Source: Octopus bimaculoides (Eukaryota). Taken from it: 36,959 bases of DNA. Each line of letters starts with the position of its first letter. Within the stretch, counting starts at the first letter, position 1. Below the pieces are notes generated by a model. That model made no database searches, was not told where the DNA came from, and was given only the letters and a program-made list of their open reading frames with translations. A program made the translations under genes and the position numbers. Shown piece after piece: positions 10,844-22,162 of the stretch. Location: positions 41,819,748-41,856,706 of the forward strand of contig NC_068987.1 in assembly GCF_001194135.2 (NCBI RefSeq), written 5' to 3'.

Positions 10844-12330
10844 TGTTAGTGATGCAAGCTTCCCAGTTGATGTTCAGGATAGAGGGAAGTTTGGATTGAT
10901 GGAAGCGCTCTAGTTTCTTCATGTCCTTACAGTAAACAGTCCAGGTTTCACACCTGTACAGCAGTGTTGATACAATAACAGCCTGATAGACCATGAGCTT
11001 CGTTTTGAATGTCAGATCCTTGTTGCAAAAGACCCTGGTTTTGAGACGACCAAGAGAGGCATGACCTGATTGGATGCGATGTTCAATATCCTTACCAGAT
11101 CCTGCAGTTGGTGACAGAAAACTTCCAAGATAGCAGAAATCCTCGACAACCTCAATTAATTGGTTATTGATGGTGATGTTGGGGTTGTCAAGGTTGGTAC
11201 GAGGAGCTGGTTGAGCGAGCACTTTGGTTTTGGCGATGTTCACTTTCAGGCCGAAGGTTTGATAAGTTCTACTGAAGTTGTTTGTTGAGGTTTGGAGGTC
11301 TTCTGCGTTATCATCAGCATATTGAAGCTCAGTAATCTTGTGCTCTCAACAGTGATGTCTTGATCGGAAACGCAAGATGTTGAAAAGTCTGCCATCAAAT
11401 CTACATCAGAGTTCCACTCCGGAGTTATCTGTTCGAATTTCGGAGAACATGGCAGCGATGCAGAGAGAAAACAGAGTTGGAGCAAGAACATATCCCTGCT
11501 TCAGGCCACAGGTGGTCTTGAATTCTTCAGAGATGTCAGTCTGATAAAAGAATCTTCCCCTCATGTCATCATGGAAACCCTTGATCAGCGAAATGAAGCC
11601 TCCAGGACAACCGTAACGATGCAGGATATCCCACATGACCTCTCTTGGGACACTGTCGAAAGCTTTTTCCAAGTCGTAGAAGAGGTAAAAGACAGGTTTC
11701 TGCTGCTCCCGGATCTTCTCCTGGATCTGACGTGCACAAAAGATCATGTCGACGGTTCCTCTTCACCTTCTGAAACCACACTGTGACTCAGCTACTAGTT
11801 GGAGATGTAACAAGATTCGAGCGATGATCTTCCCTGCAATTGATAGCAGAGAGATGCCACGATAGTTACCACAAAGGCTCCTCTCCCCTTTCTTGAAGAT
11901 GGTGACAATGACTGCATCTTTGAGATCTTGAGGAATCTGTTTCTTCTCCCAGATCTGCAAAATCAGCATGAAGAGTCTTGTCTGAAGAGCAGGTTCACCC
12001 GCTCTGAGGAGTTCAAAGGGAATGTTGTCGGGTCCGGGAGCTTTGCTATGTTTCATTTGACTGAAAGCGGTCATGAATTCAATATGGGAAGGAGGACGTG
12101 ACAGTTCCGTTCTGACAGGGTGTTGAGGAATGTTTTTCAGTGGAATCCATCTTATCCACGTAACAACCAGACGGTGGTCAGTCCAACAGTCCTCAGCTGA
12201 CAGCATAGAACAAGTGATCAGAACATCTTTGAGATCACATTGTCTTGTGATGGCATAGTCTAGATCTGGGATGTTTCCATGTGGTCTTGAAGTGGTAAGG
12301 CTGCCTGAAGGTGTTTGTGACAGCACGTTG
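10844..12330 (-). mobile_element. RTE (BovB-like) LINE, endonuclease end plus RT, frameshifted
   Basis: Motifs: CWTDHRLV, KAPGPDNIP, NYRGISLLSIAGKI, ESQCGFR, FYDLEKAFDSVPR, GLKQGYVLAPTLF, ITELQYADDNA (about 11305-11335), FCYLGS and LLYRCETW. Confidence 0.95.
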
Positions 12331-13719
12331 GTTGCGCTCCAGCCAAACTAGTTTTTACACAGAGTGATATATAAGACATTACATATTTTTTCTTTATTAC
12401 AGTAAATTTGGCTTACAGCTGTTTCCAGTAATCCTTATAGATACGTTACTGATAGGTTTGCTCAATTGGTCTTTGGATCAATTGAGAAAAATTAATGTTA
12501 CTTTTGTCAGAGTCATTTCTAGTGATAACAAAGCTGACTGCTGAAGGAATGGTACATGCATGGAGGTGGGAGGAAAAGAGAAAGAAAGAAGCAAGTTGAA
12601 TAGAGATAAAGAGGAAAGGGAAAGCAAGTTACAATAAGGTGAAGAGGAGGAAAGGAAAGAAGAGAGGAAGGAATAGAACAAATAGCTATAAGGAACAGGA
12701 TAGGATGGCTGAAATTTGAGAAAAAGACAGACAAGGGATAGGACATTAGTGTTTGTGATCAGGTCAACACATATTTGCATAGTTTTTACATATATGAACA
12801 TATTTGCATACATGAACATATTTGCATAGTTTTTAAGTTAGATATTCTCCATATGTGTTGAAATTTGATATGGGCCATTTACACACATGGTCAACTTCAG
12901 TCTGTAATATTTGGTCATTAGTACTATCATGTATAGTAGGGGAATTGTATTAGAAAATGAATGAAATATCAGTAATAATCATATTATGATGTAGAGGTTG
13001 AGAAAGCTTTGGTTAGCTAGGATATGAAATAAAAAGATACATGGAGAGATATGAGATTGAATTATTTAAAGTCAAATAATATTGAAGGCCAGATGTAATT
13101 TCAAATTAACCTCTTAGATTCGGTTTCGAATCTAGGCTTGTAGAAGGAAGTGTTAATTTTTACAACTCGTTCAAAGAGTTTTAAAAATGCAAACCATTAA
13201 ATAAATTAAGGATTAAAATTTAAACTAAGATTAAAGTTTATGAATTTAATATTAAAGCAAACTAAAAATTAAAAGAATTTTACAAAATAAAGATCATACT
13301 AAAATAATAATAATGATAATAATAAGGATTTTGTGCTTTTGATGATTTGCTTGTCAGTTGAGCATGTCCGTTGGTGGCTGACAATATGTGCATCTCTGAT
13401 CACAAGCAGAAGTAGTGGGGGAGCATCATAGCCATGTGTTGAGCTTTGAATAATTAGCCTCTGAAAACATGGGTGTTTCATTCAACATCCTTAAACAACC
13501 CTTATTCAGAGACCTTTTGAGTAGGATGGGCTACTCGACCTGCAGAAAATTCTAACTGAGCCTTACCTGCAAGGTCATACACTGTTTATCTTGATATGGA
13601 GTCACCATATCATGCATGTATAGTTACAATGCATGTGCCTGGTGTACCCTTATCAGATGGGTATATTGGGTTTCATATATTTTTACTCCAGTATCACTTT
13701 GATACCATACACTACTCTC

Positions 13720-13802
13720 TCAATAATAATAATAAACAACAATAATTACAATAGCAACAACAATATTAATTATAATAACACTAATAAAAATAATAATAAT
13801 AA
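13720..13802. repeat. Imperfect (AAT)n
   Basis: Directly visible. Confidence 0.85.
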
Positions 13803-14230
13803 TCTCAGGTAGATGGCCCTGCTCGAACTGTAGAAAAGGCGTAGCTAGAAACTCCATAAGATGTACCCAGTGTAAGCTATGAACATATAAGAGGTGCAGT
13901 AATATCAAAGGAAGGCTAACTAGCAAGATAGTTTTTGTATGTGGCAGATGCTCAGGAGCAATAAACACTGAAAATGTGCAGAAAACAACCTTTGCCACAT
14001 TCCAGGGAGAAAAACTACAAGTAGTTGATAGCTTCTGCTATCTAGGTGACCAAGTTAGTAGCGGGGGAGGGTGTGCTGAAAGTGTAGCTACTAGAATAAG
14101 AATAGCCTGGGCAAAGTTCAGAGAGCTCTTACCGCTGCTGGTGACAAAGGGCCTCTCACTCAGAGTAAAAGGCAGACTGTATGACACATGTGTATGAACA
14201 GCCATGCTACATGGCAGTGAAACATGGGCC
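13803..14230 (+). mobile_element. RTE LINE fragment (same family as 6455-8105), 5'-truncated, runs into gap
   Basis: Colinear with 7447-7871 (tcaggtagatggccctg...ggcagtgaaacatgggcc); encodes the Cys-rich insert, FCYLG and LHGSETW. Confidence 0.93.
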
Positions 14231-14852
14231 NNNNNNNNNNNNNNNNNNNNNNNNNNNNNNNNNNNNNNNNNNNNNNNNNNNNNNNNNNNNNNNNNNNNNN
14301 NNNNNNNNNNNNNNNNNNNNNNNNNNNNNNNNNNNNNNNNNNNNNNNNNNNNNNNNNNNNNNNNNNNNNNNNNNNNNNNNNNNNNNNNNNNNNNNNNNNN
14401 NNNNNNNNNNNNNNNNNNNNNNNNNNNNNNNNNNNNNNNNNNNNNNNNNNNNNNNNNNNNNNNNNNNNNNNNNNNNNNNNNNNNNNNNNNNNNNNNNNNN
14501 NNNNNNNNNNNNNNNNNNNNNNNNNNNNNNNNNNNNNNNNNNNNNNNNNNNNNNNNNNNNNNNNNNNNNNNNNNNNNNNNNNNNNNNNNNNNNNNNNNNN
14601 NNNNNNNNNNNNNNNNNNNNNNNNNNNNNNNNNNNNNNNNNNNNNNNNNNNNNNNNNNNNNNNNNNNNNNNNNNNNNNNNNNNNNNNNNNNNNNNNNNNN
14701 NNNNNNNNNNNNNNNNNNNNNNNNNNNNNNNNNNNNNNNNNNNNNNNNNNNNNNNNNNNNNNNNNNNNNNNNNNNNNNNNNNNNNNNNNNNNNNNNNNNN
14801 NNNNNNNNNNNNNNNNNNNNNNNNNNNNNNNNNNNNNNNNNNNNNNNNNNNN

Positions 14853-15988
14853 GTAAAATGTCATTGATAGATATGGCAGACATGATTCTTGTTTATTCAT
14901 AACGAACATTGGGTGAGTGCGTTCTTTGTATGTAATTGAATAATAAATGTAATAATTAAATTGTACAACTCGTTGTGTTTTCTCTGCGAGTCTCCCGAGG
15001 GAAATATAACAGAGTTTATTGGCGTCGCCGGTAGGATACATGCTTACTTTACCGTAAAATTATTCATCGTAATAACAATGGCTGAAAAACAGACAGTAGA
15101 ACTTATTAAATTGTTTAGGGAACAAATGGACAAGCAAATGCAACATCAGAGAGATATGGACACTCTGTCAAAACTGTTTGGTGCTCGACAAGTTGAAGGC
15201 GATCCCAGTGGCTATTTTTCAGCTGCTTCGACAACAGTGTTGATTCCACCATTTGCTGCATTTGATTCTACGACAGAACTATGGCCTGATTACTGGTCAA
15301 AATTCCGTACGTTTGTGGCTGCTAATGCTGTACCTGAACAAAGCATGGCACAAGTGTTCCTGACCAATCAGACCACTACTGTTTACAAGCAACTTGCTAA
15401 TCTGGCTACCCAACAAAATCCTCCTAAAGATATCAACAANNNNNNNNNNNNNNNNNNNNNNNNNNNNNNNNNNNNNNNNNNNNNNNNNNNNNNNNNNNNN
15501 NNNNNNNNNNNNNNNNNNNNNNNNNNNNNNNNNNNNNNNTTGTAACAGATCACCCGATGGAGATCTCGGAAACTGTGCCACTAACTCAATGACAAACCAG
15601 ACCCAAGATCATGTTACCCTTTCCGGAGTATGGACCAGACAACCCAAGATGGTCCAAGAGAACCCGTAAAACCCAAGAGAGACTTTGCTGTTGATACTTC
15701 TTGTGTAGCATCAATTTCAGTGGGGAGGTGTTATATGGACTGTCGGATATGTGATTCGTCTGACGTTCCGTGTGTCACAGTGGTTCGTCTGAGTTCATTG
15801 TTTCATTGTTGTTGTCTGGTGTGACTGTCATAGTAAAATGTCATTGATAGATATGGCGGACATGATTCTTGTTTATTCATAACGAACATTGGGTGAATGC
15901 GTTCTTTGTATGTAATTGAATAATAAATGTAATAATTAAATTGTACAACTCGTGTTATCTCTGCGAGTCTCCCAAGGGAAATACAACA
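14853..15988 (+). mobile_element. Ty3/Gypsy-type LTR retrotransposon: partial 5' LTR 14853-15011, PBS 15020-15037, gag, PPT 15719-15728, 3' LTR 15729-15988
   Basis: The 3' LTR is 260 bp, TGTT...AACA. About 159 bp shared with the 5' LTR differ by 5 substitutions and one 3-nt indel. PBS is TGGCGTCGCCGGTAGGAT and PPT is AGTGGGGAGG. A 100-N gap separates gag from the 3' region. Confidence 0.9.
15078..15439 (+). CDS. Gag N-terminal region of the LTR element (open until the gap)
   Basis: MAEKQTVELIKLF...PPFAAFDSTTELWPDYWSKFRTFVAANAVPE...VFLTNQTTTVYKQLANLA is a Gypsy gag-like pattern (FD...E.W..Y..RF..F..AN) with no stops. Confidence 0.75.
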
Positions 15989-16716
15989 TGACTAGTGACC
16001 GAGACCTGTGGAAATATGCTGTGCATGAGAAGACCCGGCAAGGCAAGTGAGACCATAACCCATGGCCTTTACCAGGGGTGTAGCCAGCCCACTTATGCAT
16101 ACCTTTCCTTCTTTGGACACAAAACCCTGCTTACGAAGACCTGCTGAGGCAAGTGAAATCGAAATCAAAATTGAACCAAATTTGATGACTGGCACCCATG
16201 CCAACCTTCCTCCATTGGACACTAAACTCAGCTTGCGAAGACCTGTTGGGCCAAGTGAGATTGAAACTGAACCAAATTTGATGATTGGCACCCGTGCCAG
16301 TGGAGTGCTAACAGCACCATCCAAGCAGGATCACTGCCAGAGCAGCAGTCTCACTCTCGTGCCGGTGGCACTTAAAAAGCACCATTTGAGCGCAATCGTT
16401 TCCAGCTTCATCTTACTGGCATTTGTGCCAGTGACATGTGAACAAATCATTGGCTGACTCTTGTGCAGGTAGCACATAAAAAACACCATTTGAGCATGGC
16501 TGTTGCCAGTACCACCGGACTGGCCCTCTTGCCAGTGGCATGTAAAAAGCACCCACTACACTCTTGGAGTAGTTGGCATTAGGAAAGGAATCCAGCTGTA
16601 GAAACTCTGCCAGATCAGATTGGAGTCTGGTGTAGCCATCCGCTTCGCCAGTCCCCAGTCAAATCGTCCAACCCATGCTAGCATGGAAAGCGGACGTTAA
16701 ACGATGATGATGATGA
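15989..16716 (+). mobile_element. 3' end of the RTE LINE: ORF C-terminus, long 3' UTR with internal repeats and (GAT)n tail
   Basis: (M)TSDRDLWKYAVHEKTRQGK* immediately follows the LTR. It includes the conserved RTE tail gttggcattaggaaaggaatccagctgtagaaac...catgctagcatggaaagcggacgttaaac and (GAT)n at 16703-16716. Confidence 0.85.
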
Positions 16717-16727
16717 ATAAATAATAA

Positions 16728-18032
16728 TGGGGATCTAGTCTTTCTCATTCGCAAAATGAGCCCCACTTAATTTTGCTTTCAATTTTGGTGTATCAATGCA
16801 ACTCTGAATTTTGATTATAATCAACCAATTACTTTATCTCGTAAATTAAAGAATCTGATGTTATTTGGCATTAAAATTTGGAAATTTGGGTAATTTTAGC
16901 CAATCAACAGAGTGCCATTAGCAACTTGTTAACATGACAACCACTTGCTGTGTTGTGGTTCACTGTTGTCTGTGCCACTGTTGTCTATGTCGATTTTTCA
17001 CACTTAATTCTGAAAATTCTTTTCATCTGCATGATTTGTTTTAATTTTTTTGTGTGTTAGTATATTACATATTTTACTGTGCTTCTGTGTGTTAGTATTT
17101 TTACATATTTTTTATTTCATATATTTTTGGGACTCATTGACTCAGATAGCTGGATTTATGATTTCACTAGGTTAATTCTGTTGATAAAAATTTAAATTAG
17201 GAGTATTTCTTAAACCATTAGCGTCACATTTCAACAGCTTAACTGAAATTTAGCCACATAACAGGAACTGAGAGGTATATCATGGAACAGAGGAACTGTA
17301 GGAGATACAAATAATTCGACATTATTTTTGAATTCCACATGCAAAAATGTATAAGATACAGGTATTCTTTTCCTTGGGACAAATTCTTTGTTGACCAGTG
17401 TTATTCTTATCATAGTTTACAAATCCAAGCATGAAAACTTTACTCAACTTTGGAGTTTTGGAGACAGACGCCCCCTTCATACACACACACACACACATGA
17501 ATGCATAAATGTACATATAAACTTATATATGAATACATACATCAATATGCACTTATATATTAATGATGTACACAAATACATGACAGGTGCACATAATACT
17601 GAAATATGCATAAAGTAAACACATGCAGACAAGTACATTAATATAACAAATTTTAAAGAATAATGAAACCATACAATCAATGAGGAGACAAAAGAAACAG
17701 TAAGATGATACATGTTGATTTTATTAGGTATTTCTGTTTATTTAGAAACCTACAATGAACAAGTCCGATGCTAAACTCTAAATTTCACAGGGTACAGCCT
17801 TAAAGTTGACACTGCTCCGCTAAACACAGAAAATTTCTGTCTCACTATTGACTAAAAATATACAGTTTTTCCGATTTTTAATCCCCTATAACTTTTTTCT
17901 CCAATTTTCTTCTCCACAACATCATAACTTCAAAGCAACGAAACTGGAAAGTTACATTATTATAGCCAATTTTCAGATTTTTTACTGTCTTTTAAAAAAT
18001 GCATATTTTGCAAATGAAAAAACTAGATCCCA
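16728..18032. mobile_element. Putative non-autonomous TIR DNA transposon (about 1.3 kb)
   Basis: Imperfect TIR of about 28 bp: tggggatctagtctttctcattcgcaaaat versus the reverse complement of the right end, tgggatctagttttttcatttgcaaaat. TAA flanks both sides (16725-16727 and 18033-18035). No ORF. Confidence 0.45.
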
Positions 18033-18109
18033 TAAAGGCAATGAAAAAATAAAATGAAATTTAAATAAAAGAATTTAAAACTTAACAAAATAAAAAACAT
18101 ATGCATATA

Positions 18110-19713
18110 CACTAGTGAGCCAAAAAAGAGAACAATTAGTATCTTTTTAACTGTCCAAAAAGCTAGTGAACATATACATTCATAATTGGTTTTGTAAACA
18201 CGATAAACCATTAGCTAAATTCTCTGAAAAATCTAAGTTTGCACAATGGTCTTAATAAAAGGTAATAACACTAACACTAGTTTCATCCAAATGTCTCATG
18301 TGCAAAATAAGAGAACAATTAGATTCCCTCAGAAATTTCTGGAAATTTCAAACATTGTTTACATTTGAAGGCTCAACATTACTACCATCTCAGTATTGTG
18401 CTAGCTTCCAAACATGGCACACCACACTAAAGTTACTCCCAACCTCCGAAAAGAAATTGTCAGGATGAAAGTTTCAGGAATGACTCTCTCGACTATTTCA
18501 CAAGATGCAAGGAGATCTAAGAGGGTAGTTTCACGTGTTCTTAATCTCTATGAAGAAACTAAAGGTTTTGAACTGCAAAAGGCAACTGGTAGACCACCGA
18601 AACTACCATGCAAGATGATCAAGCCATGAAACAGTATGTATTGAAGGATCCTTTTGAGACTGCAGCTGGAATTTCTAAGAAAATAAAAGTAAATAATGGT
18701 ACAGAAGTGAGCCGCTTTACAGTATCTCGTCATCTGAAAGAATTTGGATTAAAGATTTGTTCCCCAGCAATGAAACCTACTATCAGCAAGAAGAACAAAC
18801 TGGAAAGACTTTCATATGCAGAAGCTCATGTGAACTGGAAGGATGAAAATTGGTCAAAAGTTCATTTTGGTGATGAAATCAAATTTAATTTAGTAGGTTC
18901 AAATGGTAGACAGTATGTTAGGCACTTCGCAGGAGATTGGCTAAAATCCAAGTGCCTGAAGAAATCAGCCAAGTTTGGGGGAGGAAGCATCATGGTGTGG
19001 GGAATGATTTCTTCTGAAGGAGTTGGCCCTTTAGTACAGATTAAAGGGACTCTTAATGCTAATATCTATTTGAATTTGGTTAAACAGCTTGTGATCCCAT
19101 CATTATGAGCATTTCTGAATCAACCATGCATTTTCATGCAAGATAACACCCCTTGTCATACTGCAAAGTATGTCACTGGAAATCTTTAGTGACCAAAATA
19201 TCCAAGTAATGAAGTGGCCAACACAAAGTCCAGACTTAAATCCAACTGAAAACCTTTGGAAGATACTTGGAAACAAAGTAACACAAAGGGCACCAACTAC
19301 TACGACAAATTTATGGGAGATACTAGAAGAGGAGTGGAAGAAAGTAATACCTGACTTGTGCAGGAAACTTATGTCCTGTGGCAATCGATGAGCAGAGGTA
19401 ATCTCCAACAAAGGTCTACAAACATCATACTAACTGTATTAAGTTCATATTTCTTTTAATCATTATTATGGTTTTGAGTTAATTGAAGCATTTTTTGGTT
19501 TGATCGTTCTCTTATTTTGCACAATAGACATTTGGACGAAACTAGTATTTGTGTTGTTAACTTTTATTAAGACCATTGTACAAACTTAGATTTTTCACAG
19601 AATTTAGCTAATGGTTAACCGTATTTATGAAACCAATTGCAAATTTGTACATTTACTAGCTTTTCTGAAATTAAAAAAAAATATTAATTGTTCTCTTTTT
19701 TTACTCGCTACTG
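18110..19713 (+). mobile_element. Tc1 element with IR/DR-type long TIRs and a disabled DD34E-type transposase
   Basis: 1604 bp with TA on both flanks. TIRs of about 215 bp (18110-18322 and 19501-19713) each carry two aa(t)aagagaacaatta direct repeats. The transposase (18414 to about 19430) has GRPPK, FGDEIKF, KFGGGSIMVWG, MQDNTPCH and WPTQSPDLNPTENLW, with two frameshifts and stops. Confidence 0.96.
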
Positions 19714-20329
19714 TATATAAAAATAGGCAATTTACATTTATCCTTTAGACATCATACCCGTCCCAACCAATGTCTCTCACTATAGAGTTAAATTTATTTA
19801 GGGAACCTGCTGCAGGACTTATTATAGAAATGCTTATAGCATATTGCTAATTCCTGCCTACAGTTAATAAGGTTACTCTCTGACGTAAATATTTGGAGCA
19901 CTTCTCTAGGCAAAGTTCATATCTACTTCTTCCTATTTCATAAGGTTTTGCTCAACTTAGGATTGACCGCTCTAACTCATATTCTGTCTTTTCATCCCTA
20001 AGTTGTCATATTAGCTTGGTAAGTGAGCAGAGCATAAATGTTATGGCACAACATCCTATGTAATTGTAAATTTTGTTCTAGTTTACAACTGTGCATTCAT
20101 AGACTATGTTCTTTTCTAGACATGATCTATTTAAAGGGCATTCTCTACTTCCTCCACAGTTACAACTGACTCTGTCTTTCCCATTATTACTAGCTGCATG
20201 GTTATCATCCCTATCATTGTTATTATCATTATTATCAATAATATTAATATGCCAACTTGTTTTTATATGTCTGTACCTACTTTGTGTGTCACACTTACCT
20301 CAAAGGAAGAAGTGAGTGGCAAAGCAGGA

Positions 20330-20480
20330 GAGAGGAGGACAGAGAGAAAGTGAGAGAGAAAGAGAGAGTGAGAGAAAGAGAGAGTGAGAGAGAGAGAAAG
20401 AGAGAGTGAGAGAGAAAGAGAGTGAGTGAGAGAGAAAGAGAGAGAGTGAGAGAAAAAGAGAGAGTGAGAGAGATAGTGAG
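20330..20480. repeat. Degenerate (GA/GAGT/GAAA)n purine tract
   Basis: Directly visible. Confidence 0.9.
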
Positions 20481-20739
20481 TGGTGATGGCGCTCATTTTG
20501 TGTTTTTAAATGTTTATCACATCACAAGAAAAGTTGATACATAGATACATACACATATTGTTAAATTAAAAGTGGGAGAAGGGACACAGAGGAAGTGAGA
20601 GAGAAAGAGACTAAGTGAGAGAGATAGTAGATACATAGATCAAAAGAAAGTTGATACATAGATACAGACATATTGTTAAATCAAAGACAACCACAGTAAA
20701 TATTGGATGTCACTTTCACTTTTCATTACCACACGAGGA

Positions 20740-20893
20740 TAAAATTAACTCGCAAGTGTCTGAGTACACCACAGACATACATACCCTTAATGTAGTTCTC
20801 AGGGAGAGTCAGCCTCACACAGAATATGATAAGACTGGGCCCTTTGAATTACAGCTACAACTCATTTTGGTCAGCTGAATGGACTGGAGCAAG
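20740..20893 (-). mobile_element. SINE fragment (3' part; same family as 21273-21522)
   Basis: Colinear with 21273-21420 (taaaattaactc.caagtg..cagcctcacacagaat..ccctttgaattacagctacaactcatt). Confidence 0.75.
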
Positions 20894-21272
20894 ATAAACC
20901 TTCAAGTGGTTGGAAGAAAATGAGAAAAGAGCCTATATAGGAGCAGGAAAATCTTTTTAGCTGTTAGGGTCACTATGCATGTTAATCTGGTTCTAACAGC
21001 AGCATTTGTGGGTCTCACAGATCTGGAGGCAAAACCTCCAGATAAACACCGATGTGTAGGCTGTTGTTATCAAACTGAGCATGAGTCAAGGGCAAATACA
21101 CAACAGAATAGCAATTATTTCATCTTAGCTTCCACTGCTTATACTAAACACGTAACATTTTTGCCTGATGATATGGAACATTTCCTTTTTCTTCACTCTT
21201 TTTAAAAAATGGCACTCTCTCGGTTATTGCAGCAAGGTTCCTGTTTATCTGATCAACAGAACAGTCTGCTCA

Positions 21273-21522
21273 TAAAATTAACTCACAAGTGGCTGAGTAC
21301 TCCACAGACATGCATACCATAAGGTAGTGGAAGATTCAGCCTCACACAGAATGTGACAAAGCTGGCCCCTTTGAATTACAGCTACAACTCATTTTTGCTA
21401 GCTGAGTGGACTGCAGCAAGGTGAAGTAGAGAACCTTACTCAAGAACACAGTGCGCCACAGGGAAAATTGTACTCATGACTTTACAATCATGGGCTGAAT
21501 ACCCCTTGCCACTGAGCCATGC
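21273..21522 (-). mobile_element. tRNA-derived SINE (third family)
   Basis: Minus-strand head gcaTGGCTCAGTGGcaagggg (A box), followed by a CORE/V-like gtgttcttgagtaagg..ttgctgcagtccactcagct..aaatgagt segment. Confidence 0.75.
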
Positions 21523-22049
21523 TACTTCACTCTCTTAACTGTAGAGAAAAGGAGTGAAGCAATAGAGACAGAGAAAAGAAAGCCTCAGTCATTTACAATG
21601 ACTATTAGACTGAAATACGATTGACCTTTTCTAGCTTCTTTACTTTTAACAATGAAGAAGTGGGTAAGACATTTAGTAATGAATAGAGAGAAAGTCTTTC
21701 AGGTGTTTGCGTTTTTATTCTGGGACTTCTAGAATGATTGAGTGTTAGTTCTATCTTCTTTCCCCCACCCCCAATACTTATTCACCTTCTTTCATAGCTC
21801 TTCATATCTTTTAGTTGGGGGAAAGACCATATTTTTTTTTCAGGAACGTTTAACATTTTCTCTACAAACTTCAGACAAGCACGCCTCTCTTCCTTTTTTT
21901 TTTTTCATACAAAAACTAATGCAAATTTCGAACAGGGTATAAACTGTGGAAAGAGCCCAGAAAAATGGGTAATACCCCTTACAAAATTGGTTGGTGAGAA
22001 AAGTTGCCAAAAAAGGTGGCTACACAAAATTTAACTCTATACTTTAAAG

Positions 22050-22160
22050 AGTGTCTTCTACTATAGCCTCGAGCTGACCAAAGCCTTGTGAGTGAATTTG
22101 GTAGACAGAAACTGAAAGAAGCCCGTCACATATATATATATATATATACACACAAACACA
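22050..22160 (+). mobile_element. SINE 5' body, interrupted
   Basis: agtgtcttctactatagcctcgagctgaccaaagccttgtgagtgaatttggtagacagaaactgaaagaagccc matches 35535-35609, then a microsatellite. Confidence 0.85.
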
Positions 22161-22162
22161 CA

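Noticed and set aside
13330-13700. Probable interspersed repeat (also 8890-9110, 12880-13200 and 21840-22040)
   Set aside because: They look repeat-like but I could not support a family, boundaries or TIRs from the sequence alone, so they are not annotated.
10194-14902. Long ORFs in the track spanning runs of X (also 26074-26514 and 28780-29266)
   Set aside because: They are open only because N bases contain no stop codons, so they are assembly-gap artefacts.
20975-21205. 76-aa ORF as a host exon
   Set aside because: It has no recognisable domain or convincing splice context, its length is within chance expectation, and it lies between two SINE fragments.
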